Part shown: in pieces, positions 11,101-19,979 of the stretch
Layout: each line of letters opens with the position of its first letter
Numbering within the stretch: position 1 is the first letter of the stretch
Assembly: GCA_900617105.1 (NCBI GenBank)
Contig: UYFQ01000004.1
Location: 186,001-250,000, forward strand
DNA from: Hydrurus foetidus
Taxonomy: Eukaryota
Length of the DNA stretch: 64,000 bases
Reading direction: 5' to 3'
The notes under the pieces: model-generated
Told to the model about the DNA's origin: nothing
What the model saw: the letters and a program-made list of their open reading frames with translations, nothing else
Database searches by the model: none
Made by a program: the position numbers and the translations under genes

Positions 11101-11221
11101 CGAAAACTTCCTGGTGACTAGCGAATTCTTCGCCCGCGAGGCCCGCAGCTTCCAGGACAAAGCAAGGCAAACCAAGCGTGAGGCTAATTCGCCAAACCCA
11201 AGCGAGGAGGCCGCAGCATGA
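8117..11221 (+). CDS. cas10: Type III-B Cas10/Cmr2 (cyclic oligoadenylate synthase motif intact)
   Basis: WLHDP, LPADSRTPDHSIWSH, GPVQGFIGQARSTSDLWAGSHLLS, MDGDRMG, LLYAGGDDVLA (GGDD). Confidence 0.97.
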   Translation: MTHKTNYTKKIAAWLHDPAEKQLVLMRDKEGHEGGTSRRLRQALDISSKLFDHRADHLAASADRPNWPRGEDAKRYPKFEAVHFTKDPELIHPLSGERLKLGPLSLDIGVDSIKAVSQSHFESLIQEDDEKAGEELRKTFLAFWRFGPEVGKDADQLGALWNMLPADSRTPDHSIWSHVDTVSAIHTALAGDENGPDEPALLVMSFGPVQGFIGQARSTSDLWAGSHLLSSLVFEAMKPIISHLGPDCMVFPALRGVPLVDQWLMQPDVGGDAFVQLFENIDSELLRDNTDTNPLFAASLPNKFMAIVPSKQAAALAERAVAAIKNAAKAWAREAAQLAFEAAGVPMTHATRAQLDQQLGGFPEAYWAAATWPVNGAGDADTDAFLNGYKDVSAASQQLHAALDQIHPDLKKQGVFQDATWKVLTKELKLDGLQFWAPNTGILYPAVYELAERALGAAKATRPFAPLLEEGHRCTLTGEAEWLTHDRALLGLNRKDREAQSVWGKLAKNKKSWVKPGEHLGAIATLKRLWPTLFAKRVSDLTKGDVTRFVVSTHALALSTTLEKLADPNQPLTTDQRSALQALAATAADYENVTLPKALVRKLYKRGQLSETEQATLRKLPDMLENPPEDSAQAQHLDRTIAQLMGDSRPETYYALILMDGDRMGGWLAGNEDDYKLKYRETWHSSVLAEMQNLEMREKHQKQQSADLRQYLDTKRPVSPGRHGAISQALNDFSTHLARHVVEDCCKGKLLYAGGDDVLALVAVDDLFDCMQLLRLAYSGIAPSDDMKLGERIGTLQPGGSAKQRKLLLKSGFGLLNGRLMTLMGHKATASMGAVVAHHSAPLGMVLRELRAAESRAKNTLRGKDGKGGDINRDAFCLRVLKRGGGEVNVTSPWWPVNATTQQPDTAQSALALMKQLAEQLALTDFSRGAIYKAQLWFEGLTDDVKDATSRVWKEQMTSSLAYQFKRQKGSAELARQVVDFVCNVMQPQHPKKAIENFLVTSEFFAREARSFQDKARQTKREANSPNPSEEAAA

Positions 11222-12405
11222 GCACCGCTGGCGCAAGCACAACCTATTACTACGTTCGCCCCACTGACAGCCTGTTCGTGCGCGGCAACCTGGCCTTTGG
11301 CGACAGCGGCGAACATGGCGCATCAATGATGCCGCCACCGCCTTCGTTGTTTGCCGGGGCCTTTCGCTCGGCGCTCTTGGGGAAAGACGCTGCGCAGCTC
11401 ACCGCGTTTCTAACCCAGGGTCGCTGCACCAATGCAGCCCTGGCCCAATGTCTGGGCACGCCTGAACTGCCGGGCGACTTCCGCATCACCTGGTTGTCTT
11501 TGGCGGGCGATGCTGGTGGCAACGCCCCGCCAGAGCCCGTTACCCCGCTGCCTGCAGACCTGGTGATGCTGGGCAACAACTTCGCCGCACTGGAGCCACG
11601 CGCCCACCAAGCGGGCGTCCAGTCTGCTGGAGATTTGCCTCTGCGCGCCACGCTGTTATCGGCTAAGCAAGAGAAGCCGCAGGGCGGCGTTTTTTTGCGC
11701 GGCAAGGGTCTGGCGCAACACCTGCAAGGGCAAGCAGCTGACAAAGCACACTGCATTGAAAGCAAACATGTCTATCAACGCGACCCACGCCTTGGCATCG
11801 GCCTCAATGCCGATGCCCACACCGCAGAAGAAGGCCAGATTTACACCACCGAAGGTTTTGCCTTCAGCCCCACCAGCAGTCAAGGCAGCTTCGCCAGCAC
11901 CGGTTTTCTGGTCGGCATAGAAGGTGTAACCAACCTGTTGCCGGACGTCGGCATGCTGCGCCTGGGTGGCGATGGCCGCAGTGCGCAGTATCGCAAGGTG
12001 GCATTCACTGCGCCCACTGTCACCAGCGCTCCGGGTGCAAAAATGCAGTTCCGCTTACTGCTTCAAACTCCGGCGCTGTTTAGCCAAGGCTGGTTGCCCG
12101 AAGGTGTGACCGAGCAGAACGGAAGTTACCGTTTGCAAGTTGATGGTTTCAGCGCCCGCCTGGCTTGCGCCGCCTTGGGCCGCCGCGAAGTGGTGAGCGG
12201 CTGGGACTTGTACCAATGGGCACCCAAACCCGCTCAAGCTGCCGCCCCGTCGGGCAGCGTGTATTGGTTTGACGAATTTGACGGCGATGCAGGCAAGCTT
12301 GCCGCTTGGGTCGCCAAAGGGCTTTGGCCTGATGATCTGAGCCCACTACAAAAAATGCGCCGCGCCGAAGGCTACAACCGCGCCTTGCTAGCGGCTTGGA
12401 ACTGA
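11218..12405 (+). CDS. cmr3: Type III-B Cmr3
   Basis: PTDSLFVRG, PPPSLFAGAFRS, LRLGGDGR, VSGWD, PSGSVYWF, EGYN. Confidence 0.93.
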   Translation: MSTAGASTTYYYVRPTDSLFVRGNLAFGDSGEHGASMMPPPPSLFAGAFRSALLGKDAAQLTAFLTQGRCTNAALAQCLGTPELPGDFRITWLSLAGDAGGNAPPEPVTPLPADLVMLGNNFAALEPRAHQAGVQSAGDLPLRATLLSAKQEKPQGGVFLRGKGLAQHLQGQAADKAHCIESKHVYQRDPRLGIGLNADAHTAEEGQIYTTEGFAFSPTSSQGSFASTGFLVGIEGVTNLLPDVGMLRLGGDGRSAQYRKVAFTAPTVTSAPGAKMQFRLLLQTPALFSQGWLPEGVTEQNGSYRLQVDGFSARLACAALGRREVVSGWDLYQWAPKPAQAAAPSGSVYWFDEFDGDAGKLAAWVAKGLWPDDLSPLQKMRRAEGYNRALLAAWN

Positions 12406-12446
12406 ACCGTTTTATTTTTGCTGTCACGATTACTTGAGGACTCCTA

Positions 12447-13400
12447 ATGTTTGAAGCATCCCAACTCGTTTTTTACTACGCCATCAGCCCCGTCCACATG
12501 GGCGCAGGCAGCGCCATTGGCGCCATCGACAGCCCCATCCAGCGCGAGGTACACACCCAGCACCCCATGTTTGCGGGCAGTGGTTTGAAGGGCGCTTTGC
12601 GCCACCACTTCAACCGCGCTTGGCCGCGCACCGAGGGCGACGAGCGCAAGCCCAATAGCTTGATCAATCGTATCTTCGGGCCGGACACGGGTGCGTCAGA
12701 TTTTGCAGGTGCTCTGAGCCTGAGCGACGCCCAACTTGTCGCCCTGCCTGTGCGCTCGCTCAAAGGTGGCTTTGCCTACGTCACCAGCCCGCTGGCACTG
12801 GCCCGCCTATACCGCCTTGCAACGCAATCAGGTATGGCGGTCGATTGGTCTGTGCCAACGGCCAACGCCGACAAAGCACTGGTGGCAAACGCCAGTTTGC
12901 TTCAAGGCAAGCAGCTCATACTGGAAGCGTTTGAATTCCCCGCCGAGGTGGACGAAAAACTCAGCGCAATTGCCCAGTGGATCGCCTCCCAGGCACTGAG
13001 TGGCAGCGGCAACAGCTTTTTTGCTGATAAGTTCAAGAGCGACCTGGTACTGCTGCACGACACCGACTTTGGCCACTTCGCCCGCCACGCCATGGTCGTC
13101 GAGCCGCACGTGCGCATTGATGACGCGTCCGGCACGGCGTCGGATGGTGGGCTGTTTTACGTAGAAAACCTGCCGCCAGAAACGCTGATGGTAGGGCTGG
13201 CACAAGCGAGCATTGAACGCTTCAAAAAAGGCAGTCGCGGTGCGGAGTCCACCGCGCTGCTAAACGCCCCCGAGGTACTGGCCCATGTCTTTGCAGGGGA
13301 CGGTGCTGCAATCCCAGGCATTGGCGGCAAGTTGCTTCAAATTGGCGGGGATGCCACCACGGGGCGGGGTTTGGTGTTGGTTCAATCTGCCCAAGGCTGA
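12447..13400 (+). CDS. cmr4: Type III-B Cmr4 (RNA-cleaving backbone subunit)
   Basis: SPVHMGAG, IDSPIQRE (catalytic Asp), GSGLKGALR, QIGGDATTGRG. Confidence 0.96.
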   Translation: MFEASQLVFYYAISPVHMGAGSAIGAIDSPIQREVHTQHPMFAGSGLKGALRHHFNRAWPRTEGDERKPNSLINRIFGPDTGASDFAGALSLSDAQLVALPVRSLKGGFAYVTSPLALARLYRLATQSGMAVDWSVPTANADKALVANASLLQGKQLILEAFEFPAEVDEKLSAIAQWIASQALSGSGNSFFADKFKSDLVLLHDTDFGHFARHAMVVEPHVRIDDASGTASDGGLFYVENLPPETLMVGLAQASIERFKKGSRGAESTALLNAPEVLAHVFAGDGAAIPGIGGKLLQIGGDATTGRGLVLVQSAQG

Positions 13401-13410
13401 AGGAATTGTC

Positions 13411-13797
13411 ATGACCCAAACACTCGACCAAAAGCGTGCCGCACTGGCCTGGGGCTATGCCACGGCCAGCATGCAACAGCATGGCAAGGAGTACAAAGGC
13501 TTGGCCAAGGGTGCACCCGCACTCATCATGAACAGTGGGCTGATGCCAACGCTAGCGTTCTACAGCGGCAAAGGCCGCGCTGCACAACAGCTGCTAGACG
13601 ATTTGATTCGCGGCTTGTCGCAGCGGCTTGCAGGACAAGAATTGAAAGCAGGCCAAGGCGGGCAACTGTTTCCTAAATTCATGGAAATGCTCCAGCGTGG
13701 CGAATCACGTGACTACCTGCGATACACCGACGAGGCACTGGAACTTCTCAAATGGATCAGGCAGTTTGTGGATGCAGTGGACGGCGGAGACCGTTGA
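13411..13797 (+). CDS. cmr5: Type III-B Cmr5 small subunit
   Basis: MTQTLDQKRA..A, YKGLAKGAPALIMNSGLMPTLAF, ALELLKWIRQF; RBS AAGGA. Confidence 0.93.
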   Translation: MTQTLDQKRAALAWGYATASMQQHGKEYKGLAKGAPALIMNSGLMPTLAFYSGKGRAAQQLLDDLIRGLSQRLAGQELKAGQGGQLFPKFMEMLQRGESRDYLRYTDEALELLKWIRQFVDAVDGGDR

Positions 13798-13798
13798 T

Positions 13799-15004
13799 AT
13801 GAGCATCCCGCAGCGCATTGCCGCAATACCGGCTTACATTTCCTCTCACAACAACGACAGCTTTAAGGACGCAGCCCCTGGGCACAAATTTCTGGGCTAT
13901 TTCCGCAATTGGCAGGGCTCAGATGGCGATGCGTTTGCACCGTATAAAGGTAAGGCCAGACTGGTCGGGCAGATACCACCTGGGCCTCAAAAACGTGCGG
14001 CCAATGATCAACTTAAAAGTGAGTTTGATGCGGTGTTGAATGAGGTGTGTTCCCTACCAACAACCAGTACCGCACAAATCGCCGCCCTGCGTGCCCGCCA
14101 ACAATCCCTCATCCAACACTACGGTAGCAACGGCTACCGCATTAGCACCACCTCCACCGCACCCTTCGCCACAGGCCTGGGCAACGAGCACCCCATCGAG
14201 AACGGCTTTGCCTTTCTCGCGCCCTACGGCTTGCCGTATCTGGCGGGCAGTGGGGTCAAAGGCATTCTGCGGCGCTCTATGCAGGAGCTGACGGACGACG
14301 GTGAAGAAGGGTTTACCCTTGATGCCATCGACGCACTTTTTGGCCCTGAAAATGCCGCTCAACCGGAAGACGCAAAACGCGGTGCGCTCGATTTCTGGGA
14401 CGTATTCCCCAGTCCTGAAAAAAACAAGCTGGTCGTGGAAATCATGACACCTCATTACGGAAAGTACTACCAAGGCGAGGAGTCTCCACACGATTCCGGT
14501 GCACCCGTTCCGGTCAGCTTTCTAGCCGTGCCCGCCAAATCCCAATTTGACTTTCATGTCGTGTGTCACCCCACCCGCTTGCCCCAAGATTTAGTAAGCC
14601 AATGGCGCACCTTGTTGGATCGCGCTTTCCAGCACGCCTTTGAGTGGGTGGGGTTCGGTGCCAAGACTTCCGTGGGCTACGGAGCCATGGCGCCTGTTGC
14701 CCAATCGGCGGCGCCAAGCACCACTTCCATTGGTTTTGCAAACACCACCCCGGCAGACGGCCCAGACATCCAGACCTGGCCTACCGCCAAGCTGACCCTG
14801 AACCCCGGAACCGGTGAAATCAAAGCTATGTTCGACGGAAAGACGACAGCCGGACTCAAAGGCCCGGACGCCGATGCCCTGCGCGCGGCGCTTGGCGAGG
14901 AAAGAGCAACCAAACTCAAGAAAAAACACGAACTTAAAGATGTATCCATCGAAGTTGAGTCACAGGGCAATTTGCTGCGAATCAAAGGCATCGGTTCAAC
15001 ATAA
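13799..15004 (+). CDS. cmr6: Type III-B Cmr6 with C-terminal extension
   Basis: GLGNEHPIENG, YGLPYLAGSGVKG, IMTPHYGKYY, GFGAKTSVGYG. Confidence 0.94.
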   Translation: MSIPQRIAAIPAYISSHNNDSFKDAAPGHKFLGYFRNWQGSDGDAFAPYKGKARLVGQIPPGPQKRAANDQLKSEFDAVLNEVCSLPTTSTAQIAALRARQQSLIQHYGSNGYRISTTSTAPFATGLGNEHPIENGFAFLAPYGLPYLAGSGVKGILRRSMQELTDDGEEGFTLDAIDALFGPENAAQPEDAKRGALDFWDVFPSPEKNKLVVEIMTPHYGKYYQGEESPHDSGAPVPVSFLAVPAKSQFDFHVVCHPTRLPQDLVSQWRTLLDRAFQHAFEWVGFGAKTSVGYGAMAPVAQSAAPSTTSIGFANTTPADGPDIQTWPTAKLTLNPGTGEIKAMFDGKTTAGLKGPDADALRAALGEERATKLKKKHELKDVSIEVESQGNLLRIKGIGST

Positions 15005-15116
15005 CATCGCAAGCTAAAGGACCGAACTCACAACGCTCTGAAGACCAATCTGATGATTGCGCTGCACAACAGCCGTCCAATCCATTTCTTTCGCACGTTT
15101 CCATCAAAACTCCGCC

Positions 15117-15545
15117 ATGACTACAGCCCCAACCCTAGATCTCTCCGCCCTGCAAGGTGCCCTGGCATCCCTGCGCCGCGCCTTGACCCGCTGGCAAGCA
15201 ACAGAAGAGCAAGACGAAGAGCTGCGCGACGCCTGCATACAGCGCTTTGAGTACACCTTTGAGCTGAGCTGGAAGATGCTGGCGCGCCGACTGGAGCGCG
15301 ACTTACCGGATGGGCAAAGTGTGGATGCCATGAGCTTTCGCGAGTTAATGCGCAGCGGTGGCGAGCGTGAACTGGTGCGTAATGTGGATATCTGGATGGT
15401 GTTTAGAGACAAGCGAAACACCACCTCGCACACGTACAACGCGGCTAAGGCGATCGATGTTGCCGCCGTCATCCCAAGCTTCGTCGACGAGGCACAGGAA
15501 CTTCTGGCCCAATTGCAGTCCAGGGGTGCCCAGGATGCTGCTTGA
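15117..15545 (+). CDS. HEPN-domain protein (HI0074 nucleotidyltransferase substrate-binding family), putative RNase toxin
   Basis: LRDACIQRFEYTFELSWK and RNTTSHTY (RX4HXY). Confidence 0.9.
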   Translation: MTTAPTLDLSALQGALASLRRALTRWQATEEQDEELRDACIQRFEYTFELSWKMLARRLERDLPDGQSVDAMSFRELMRSGGERELVRNVDIWMVFRDKRNTTSHTYNAAKAIDVAAVIPSFVDEAQELLAQLQSRGAQDAA

Positions 15546-15891
15546 CACTTCTCCCTCGCAGCAGGCGCTCATGGCAACCCTGCTACATCAACGATTGCCA
15601 CACGTTGCTGCTATGGCGTTTGGCTCGCGCGTCAGAGGGTGGCCGTTTGGCACTGGCCCCAAACCCTACTCGGACCTGGATATTGCGCTAAGCGGGCTGC
15701 GCACCGGTGATGATATTGCCCTGGCCCATTTGCGTGCCGACTTAGAAGAGAGTGCGCTGCCCTGGCGCGTGGACATCAGTGATGCCAACGACCTATCCGC
15801 AGCGCTGCGCGCATTGGTTGCGCGGCATGGCGTATTACTGCAGGGCAGTCTGGCATACGCAAGTAACGCCATTGATGAAGTCCACCCATGA
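15535..15891 (+). CDS. Minimal nucleotidyltransferase (MNT), putative antitoxin
   Basis: AFGSRVRG...YSDLDIAL, LPWRVDI; overlaps the HEPN gene end. Confidence 0.88.
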   Translation: MLLDTSPSQQALMATLLHQRLPHVAAMAFGSRVRGWPFGTGPKPYSDLDIALSGLRTGDDIALAHLRADLEESALPWRVDISDANDLSAALRALVARHGVLLQGSLAYASNAIDEVHP

Positions 15892-17090
15892 CAAACTACG
15901 ACACCCACCTCTGCCTAGTCTCTGCCCAGGCCACGCCCAACCTGCTGCCCTTGCTCGACGAAGCCTGGCGGCCTAAAAAAGTGGTGTTGGCTTGCAGTGC
16001 GCAAATGCAGCATGCGGCGCAAGCACTGCGCGCGGTAATCCAGACCAAAGCAACCGGCATGGTGGTGGAAATGCTGGAACTGCCCGACGCCTATGACTAC
16101 GCGACCCTGTCTGAGAGCTTTTTGAGCTACCTGGCCCTGCATGAGGATGAGAATATCGCGCTCAATGTCACCGGTGGAACCAAGCTGATGGCGGTCGCGG
16201 CGCAAGAGGCTTTCCGTTCGGCGGGTAAGCCTGTGTTTTACGTCAATGTAGAGAATGACCAAGTGCTAGTGATTGGTGAGAAGCCCACAAACCAACCCAC
16301 ACCGCGATTGCGCGCCAAACTCAAAGTGCACGAAATGCTGCGTGCCCACGGCTACACCGTCACTACGCAAGAGCAACCCCAAGTCACGCGTGAACTGCGC
16401 GACCTTACCGCCCGGCTGGTAGATCACGTAGCCAGCGCCGGGCGTGCGCTGGGTGCCGTCAACGCGCTGGCGCGCGCGGCACGTGGTGAACCTGGCTTGC
16501 GCGTAGAGCTGACCCCGGCGCAGTACGACTCCCGCTCTGTGGGCGACATACTGGCTCTGTTTTCTGATGCTGGTCTGCTACGCCAAAGCGGGCATGAGCT
16601 CACCTTCAAAGACGAGAATGCCCGCTTCTTCGTCAACGGCGGCTGGCTCGAAGCCCATGTGTTTGAAGCGCTGCAGTCACTGCGCGCCCAGCACGATGGC
16701 CTGACCGATGTGGCCATGGGCGTGCGTGTGGCCTTTGGTGGCCAAGACCCGCGTGGCAAGGCCAAAGACAAAAATGAAATCGACGTCGCCTTTTTGTACC
16801 GCAACACCTTGCACCTGATTGAGTGCAAGACCGCGAACCTGGCACAAGGCGGCAAAGGCGACGACACCAAAGCCACTGAAGCGCTGTACAAGATGGAGTC
16901 GTTGCTCAAACTGGGTGGCCTGCGCACCCGCGGCATGGTGGTGGACTACCGGGGGCAGCTCGCCAGCAGCGAGGCCGATCGCCAGCGGGCCAAGGAGTCG
17001 CACATTGAAATTGTGGCCGGTACACAGCTCAAAGACCTAAAAGGCACTATTAGCCGTCTGTGGTTGTCTCAGCCTATCAAATCGTCCTGA
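15888..17090 (+). CDS. Card1/Can2-like CARF + PD-(D/E)XK nuclease (DUF1887 family)
   Basis: LVSAQATPNL, LNVTGGTKLM (CARF); GGWLE, NEIDVAF, LIECKT (nuclease). Confidence 0.9.
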   Translation: MTNYDTHLCLVSAQATPNLLPLLDEAWRPKKVVLACSAQMQHAAQALRAVIQTKATGMVVEMLELPDAYDYATLSESFLSYLALHEDENIALNVTGGTKLMAVAAQEAFRSAGKPVFYVNVENDQVLVIGEKPTNQPTPRLRAKLKVHEMLRAHGYTVTTQEQPQVTRELRDLTARLVDHVASAGRALGAVNALARAARGEPGLRVELTPAQYDSRSVGDILALFSDAGLLRQSGHELTFKDENARFFVNGGWLEAHVFEALQSLRAQHDGLTDVAMGVRVAFGGQDPRGKAKDKNEIDVAFLYRNTLHLIECKTANLAQGGKGDDTKATEALYKMESLLKLGGLRTRGMVVDYRGQLASSEADRQRAKESHIEIVAGTQLKDLKGTISRLWLSQPIKSS

Positions 17091-17122
17091 GGCCTAGTGA
17101 AACATGCCTGATTAGCTACTAA

Positions 17123-18196
17123 ATGCATAGCAACCCGAGTTTAGAAATCCGACTGGCCCGCTACCGCTTCACCGCCCGCGTGCAGCAACCTCTGGCGCTA
17201 CCGCACTATGCGGGCTCTTTGCTACGCGGTCAGTTTGGGGCGGCCTTGCGTAGCGTGGCCTGCATGACACGCCAACCCACCTGCCCTGGCTGCCCACTGC
17301 TACAAACCTGCCCCTACACTCGCATTTTTGAAGCTCCACCGCCGCCCAAGGGCACGCACCCGCTGCAAGACTTCAGCCAGATCCCCAATGCCTATGTGCT
17401 AGAACCGCCCACGCCGGGCGCCCGCGTGCTGGATGCGGATGACGATTTCGTGTTTCACCTGGTGCTGATAGGCCATGCCACCGAGCAACTCGCGCTGGTC
17501 ATCTTTGCCATGCAGCGCGCCCTAGCCCAAGGCCTCACTCGCGACCGCGTACCGGCGGACTTGTTGCAGGTAGATTGGGTAAGTGGAGTGGGCGCAGCGC
17601 ACCCGGTGTGGACGGCGCAGCAGCCCACGCTTGCCGAGCACACGGGGGCAGTGGTCGTGCCAGTGCCGATTTTTTCTTCTGTGACCAATTCTGCGACTCA
17701 CAACACAGTTGCTCCTAAATCCATAGCTACTTGCGCATATGCCGAAAGGGCTGCAAGCCAAAATGGCCATCAGCTTACGCTGCACATCCACACCCCGCTG
17801 CGCTTGCAGAGCCAAGGCAAACCCTTGGGTGTGGGGCAGCTCACGCCGCGTGCACTGATTGCTGCCGTGGCCCGGCGCACCGCCTTACTGATGGAGTTTC
17901 ATGCGGGCAGCCCGCCCGCACCCAGCGACCACAGCAGCTGGGGCGAGGCCGCCAAACACGCCACCGCACTGGCCGACACGCTAACCGACATGCAAGACCT
18001 GCACTGGTTTGACTGGACCCGCTACTCCAGCCGCCAGCAGCAAGAGATGACGCTCGGCGGCGTGCTGGGCACGTGGACGCTGCACGGCAGCACCGAAACA
18101 CTGACCCAACTCTGGCCATGGCTGTGGCTGTGCCAGTGGTTGCACGTGGGCAAGAATGCCACCATGGGCATGGGCGGATATACGTTAGTGGAATGA
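17123..18196 (+). CDS. cas6: CRISPR pre-crRNA endoribonuclease Cas6
   Basis: YAGSLLRGQFG, Cys cluster C...CPGC...CPY, TPLRL, WTRYSSRQ, C-terminal HVGKNATMGMG glycine loop. Confidence 0.92.
   Translation: MHSNPSLEIRLARYRFTARVQQPLALPHYAGSLLRGQFGAALRSVACMTRQPTCPGCPLLQTCPYTRIFEAPPPPKGTHPLQDFSQIPNAYVLEPPTPGARVLDADDDFVFHLVLIGHATEQLALVIFAMQRALAQGLTRDRVPADLLQVDWVSGVGAAHPVWTAQQPTLAEHTGAVVVPVPIFSSVTNSATHNTVAPKSIATCAYAERAASQNGHQLTLHIHTPLRLQSQGKPLGVGQLTPRALIAAVARRTALLMEFHAGSPPAPSDHSSWGEAAKHATALADTLTDMQDLHWFDWTRYSSRQQQEMTLGGVLGTWTLHGSTETLTQLWPWLWLCQWLHVGKNATMGMGGYTLVE
17711..17760 (-). repeat. REP-like repeat, copy B, inside cas6
   Basis: Reverse complement TGGCTTGCAGCCCTTTCGGCATATGCGCAAGTAGCTATGGATTTAGGAGC matches the consensus of the other copies. 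Confidence 0.75.
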
Positions 18197-18243
18197 ACTG
18201 CAAGTTGCGCGGTATAGAGGACTGGCTAATCGGAGGATTTTTT

Positions 18244-19512
18244 TTGCCATCTCTTCCGCTTCCCGTACGTGTGGTCGTTTTCGCAAGCGAGCAGCTCTTC
18301 CCTTCGCTGCAATTTTTGCTGCATGCAGTTGATAAATTCAAGGCAAACCTAGGTTCGGTGCACATTTACTGCACCCCTGACGAACGGCAATCGCAAGGCC
18401 CCGCACGGCGACTCGAACGCGCGGTCAAGCATTGGTGCGAGTCGCGAAATTTGCCCTGTACCATTCACATCACCACCGGCCAGATGTGGCCCGATGATGT
18501 TCGCGCCGGGCTGATGCAGTGGTTCAACGCAGCACCCAACAGCCAATGGCTGGTGAACGTGACCGGCGGCACCAAACCCATGTCCGCCGTTGCCATAGAA
18601 ATTACTCATGCTACGGGCCTGCAGTCCAAACGCGTTATTTATCAGGAAATCGCGGTCGGCTGGCTTGAACTCATCGTGCGAGACGACGGCCTGTTGGCTG
18701 CAACCCAACTGGATGCCCAGACCGACCCAGCAGTACCGCCCGCCGACGTGCTGGATCGGCTACTGTCCATTGCCGACTTGGTGGCCACTCAGTTTTCCGA
18801 GTTGCACTACATCACCACGCAACCGGTCATGGCAAAGCATTGGGGTTGGCGACAGGGCTTGGGGGCGATGTCGATACCGGTGTAATAGATCAGCAACGGC
18901 GACGCGTTTGAAAAATTCATAGGCGCTTGCCTCCTAGACCGGGGCCTGCGCTTGTGCCACTCTCTCAAGGTGATCGACAGCAGCGCCACCGGCAAGCCGG
19001 TTCGAGAAATTGATTTGGTCGCCTGCCACCGTGGGCGCTTGATTTTTATCGGCATCAAACTACCCGGCGCCGAACACCATGCCAAAGGAACCCAGCTGGC
19101 CGACATAGTGGAGTTAGCGCATTCACTGGGGGGCCGTGGTGCACTGGCTATTGCCGTGCGACCCGGCTGGGATTTTGACCCCGACATTGACCGCCTGGCC
19201 AAAGCGTTTGGTGTCAAGGTAGTAACCCAAGACGACGCACCCCAGCTATTTACGCGCTTGTTGCACTGGATTGATCCCGGGCTAGACCTAGGCCCTGCGA
19301 TTGCGGCAGCGCAAAGCGCCATGCAAAGCGCACACGCCAATGGCAACACAGTTCTCAGCGATGGCAGAAAAGTAGATGCAGTGGTCCCCGACTCCGGAAT
19401 ACTGCACTTGCCCAGCACCGTGGAGCGCATCTGCGCGCGCCGACGTGAACCCTGGGCCTGGGTTCAGCTTGATGTCAATCCACCTTGCGGGCCGGCACTG
19501 AATTGCGGTTAA
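18244..19512 (+). pseudogene. Second CARF + PD-(D/E)XK nuclease gene, interrupted by in-frame TAA-TAG (18883-18888) and probably 3'-truncated
   Basis: RBS GGAGGA then TTG 18244; CARF motifs FASEQLFPSL and VNVTGGTKPM; the same frame resumes ISNGDAFEKFIG...REIDLV...IGIKL after the two stops. Confidence 0.75.
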
Positions 19513-19551
19513 TTGTTCAGAAGTATCTTGGTTAAAAAACCAGCATTTGCG

Positions 19552-19567
19552 TGGCAAGCTTGTCGCA
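19552..19567. promoter_or_regulatory. Variant palindrome TGGCAAGCTTGTCGCA
   Basis: 14/16 match to the copies at 5716 and 19980; 84 bp upstream of ATG 19636. Confidence 0.5.
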
Positions 19568-19635
19568 CCATACAGCTCGCGGCCAATTGCGCAGAATTCA
19601 CCTCTCTGCAATTGAAACCACTAAAAGGAAACATC

Positions 19636-19875
19636 ATGACAATTCCTCAAGCGCTGGCCATTGGCACCACCGCAAACAAAGCATCGAAATTGATCACCGG
19701 CAGCAAAGAAGCCAGCCTGGGCCGCACGGTTATTTCCACCACCCTGGGCGGTGGCATGGGTGCTGTGGTCTCGGGCTCGCTTGTTGTGGTTGTCGGCGCA
19801 GCCGCTGCCCCCATTGCTGTACCACTCGTCGTAGCCAGCGCCGTCGTCGCCGGACTATGCAGCCTGTTTGACTGA
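19636..19875 (+). CDS. 79-aa Gly/Ala/Val-rich hydrophobic protein, function unknown
   Basis: RBS AAAGGA; C-terminal half TLGGGMGAVVSGSLVVVVGAAAAPIAVPLVVASAVVAGLCSLF is uncharged and membrane-like. Confidence 0.7.
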   Translation: MTIPQALAIGTTANKASKLITGSKEASLGRTVISTTLGGGMGAVVSGSLVVVVGAAAAPIAVPLVVASAVVAGLCSLFD

Positions 19876-19979
19876 ATCCGATACGCGTAGCCCTGGCTCT
19901 AAACCGGCCAGCGGTTGCGCGTGCGCAAAAGCGCCACCATGGGCATGAGTGGGTACCCCTTGGAGACATAGTTGCCCAC

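Noticed and set aside
12292..12305. Fourth GGCAAGCTTGCCGC match inside cmr3
   Set aside because: Lies in coding sequence (GKLAA), 155 bp from the cmr4 start; could be chance, so not counted as an operator.
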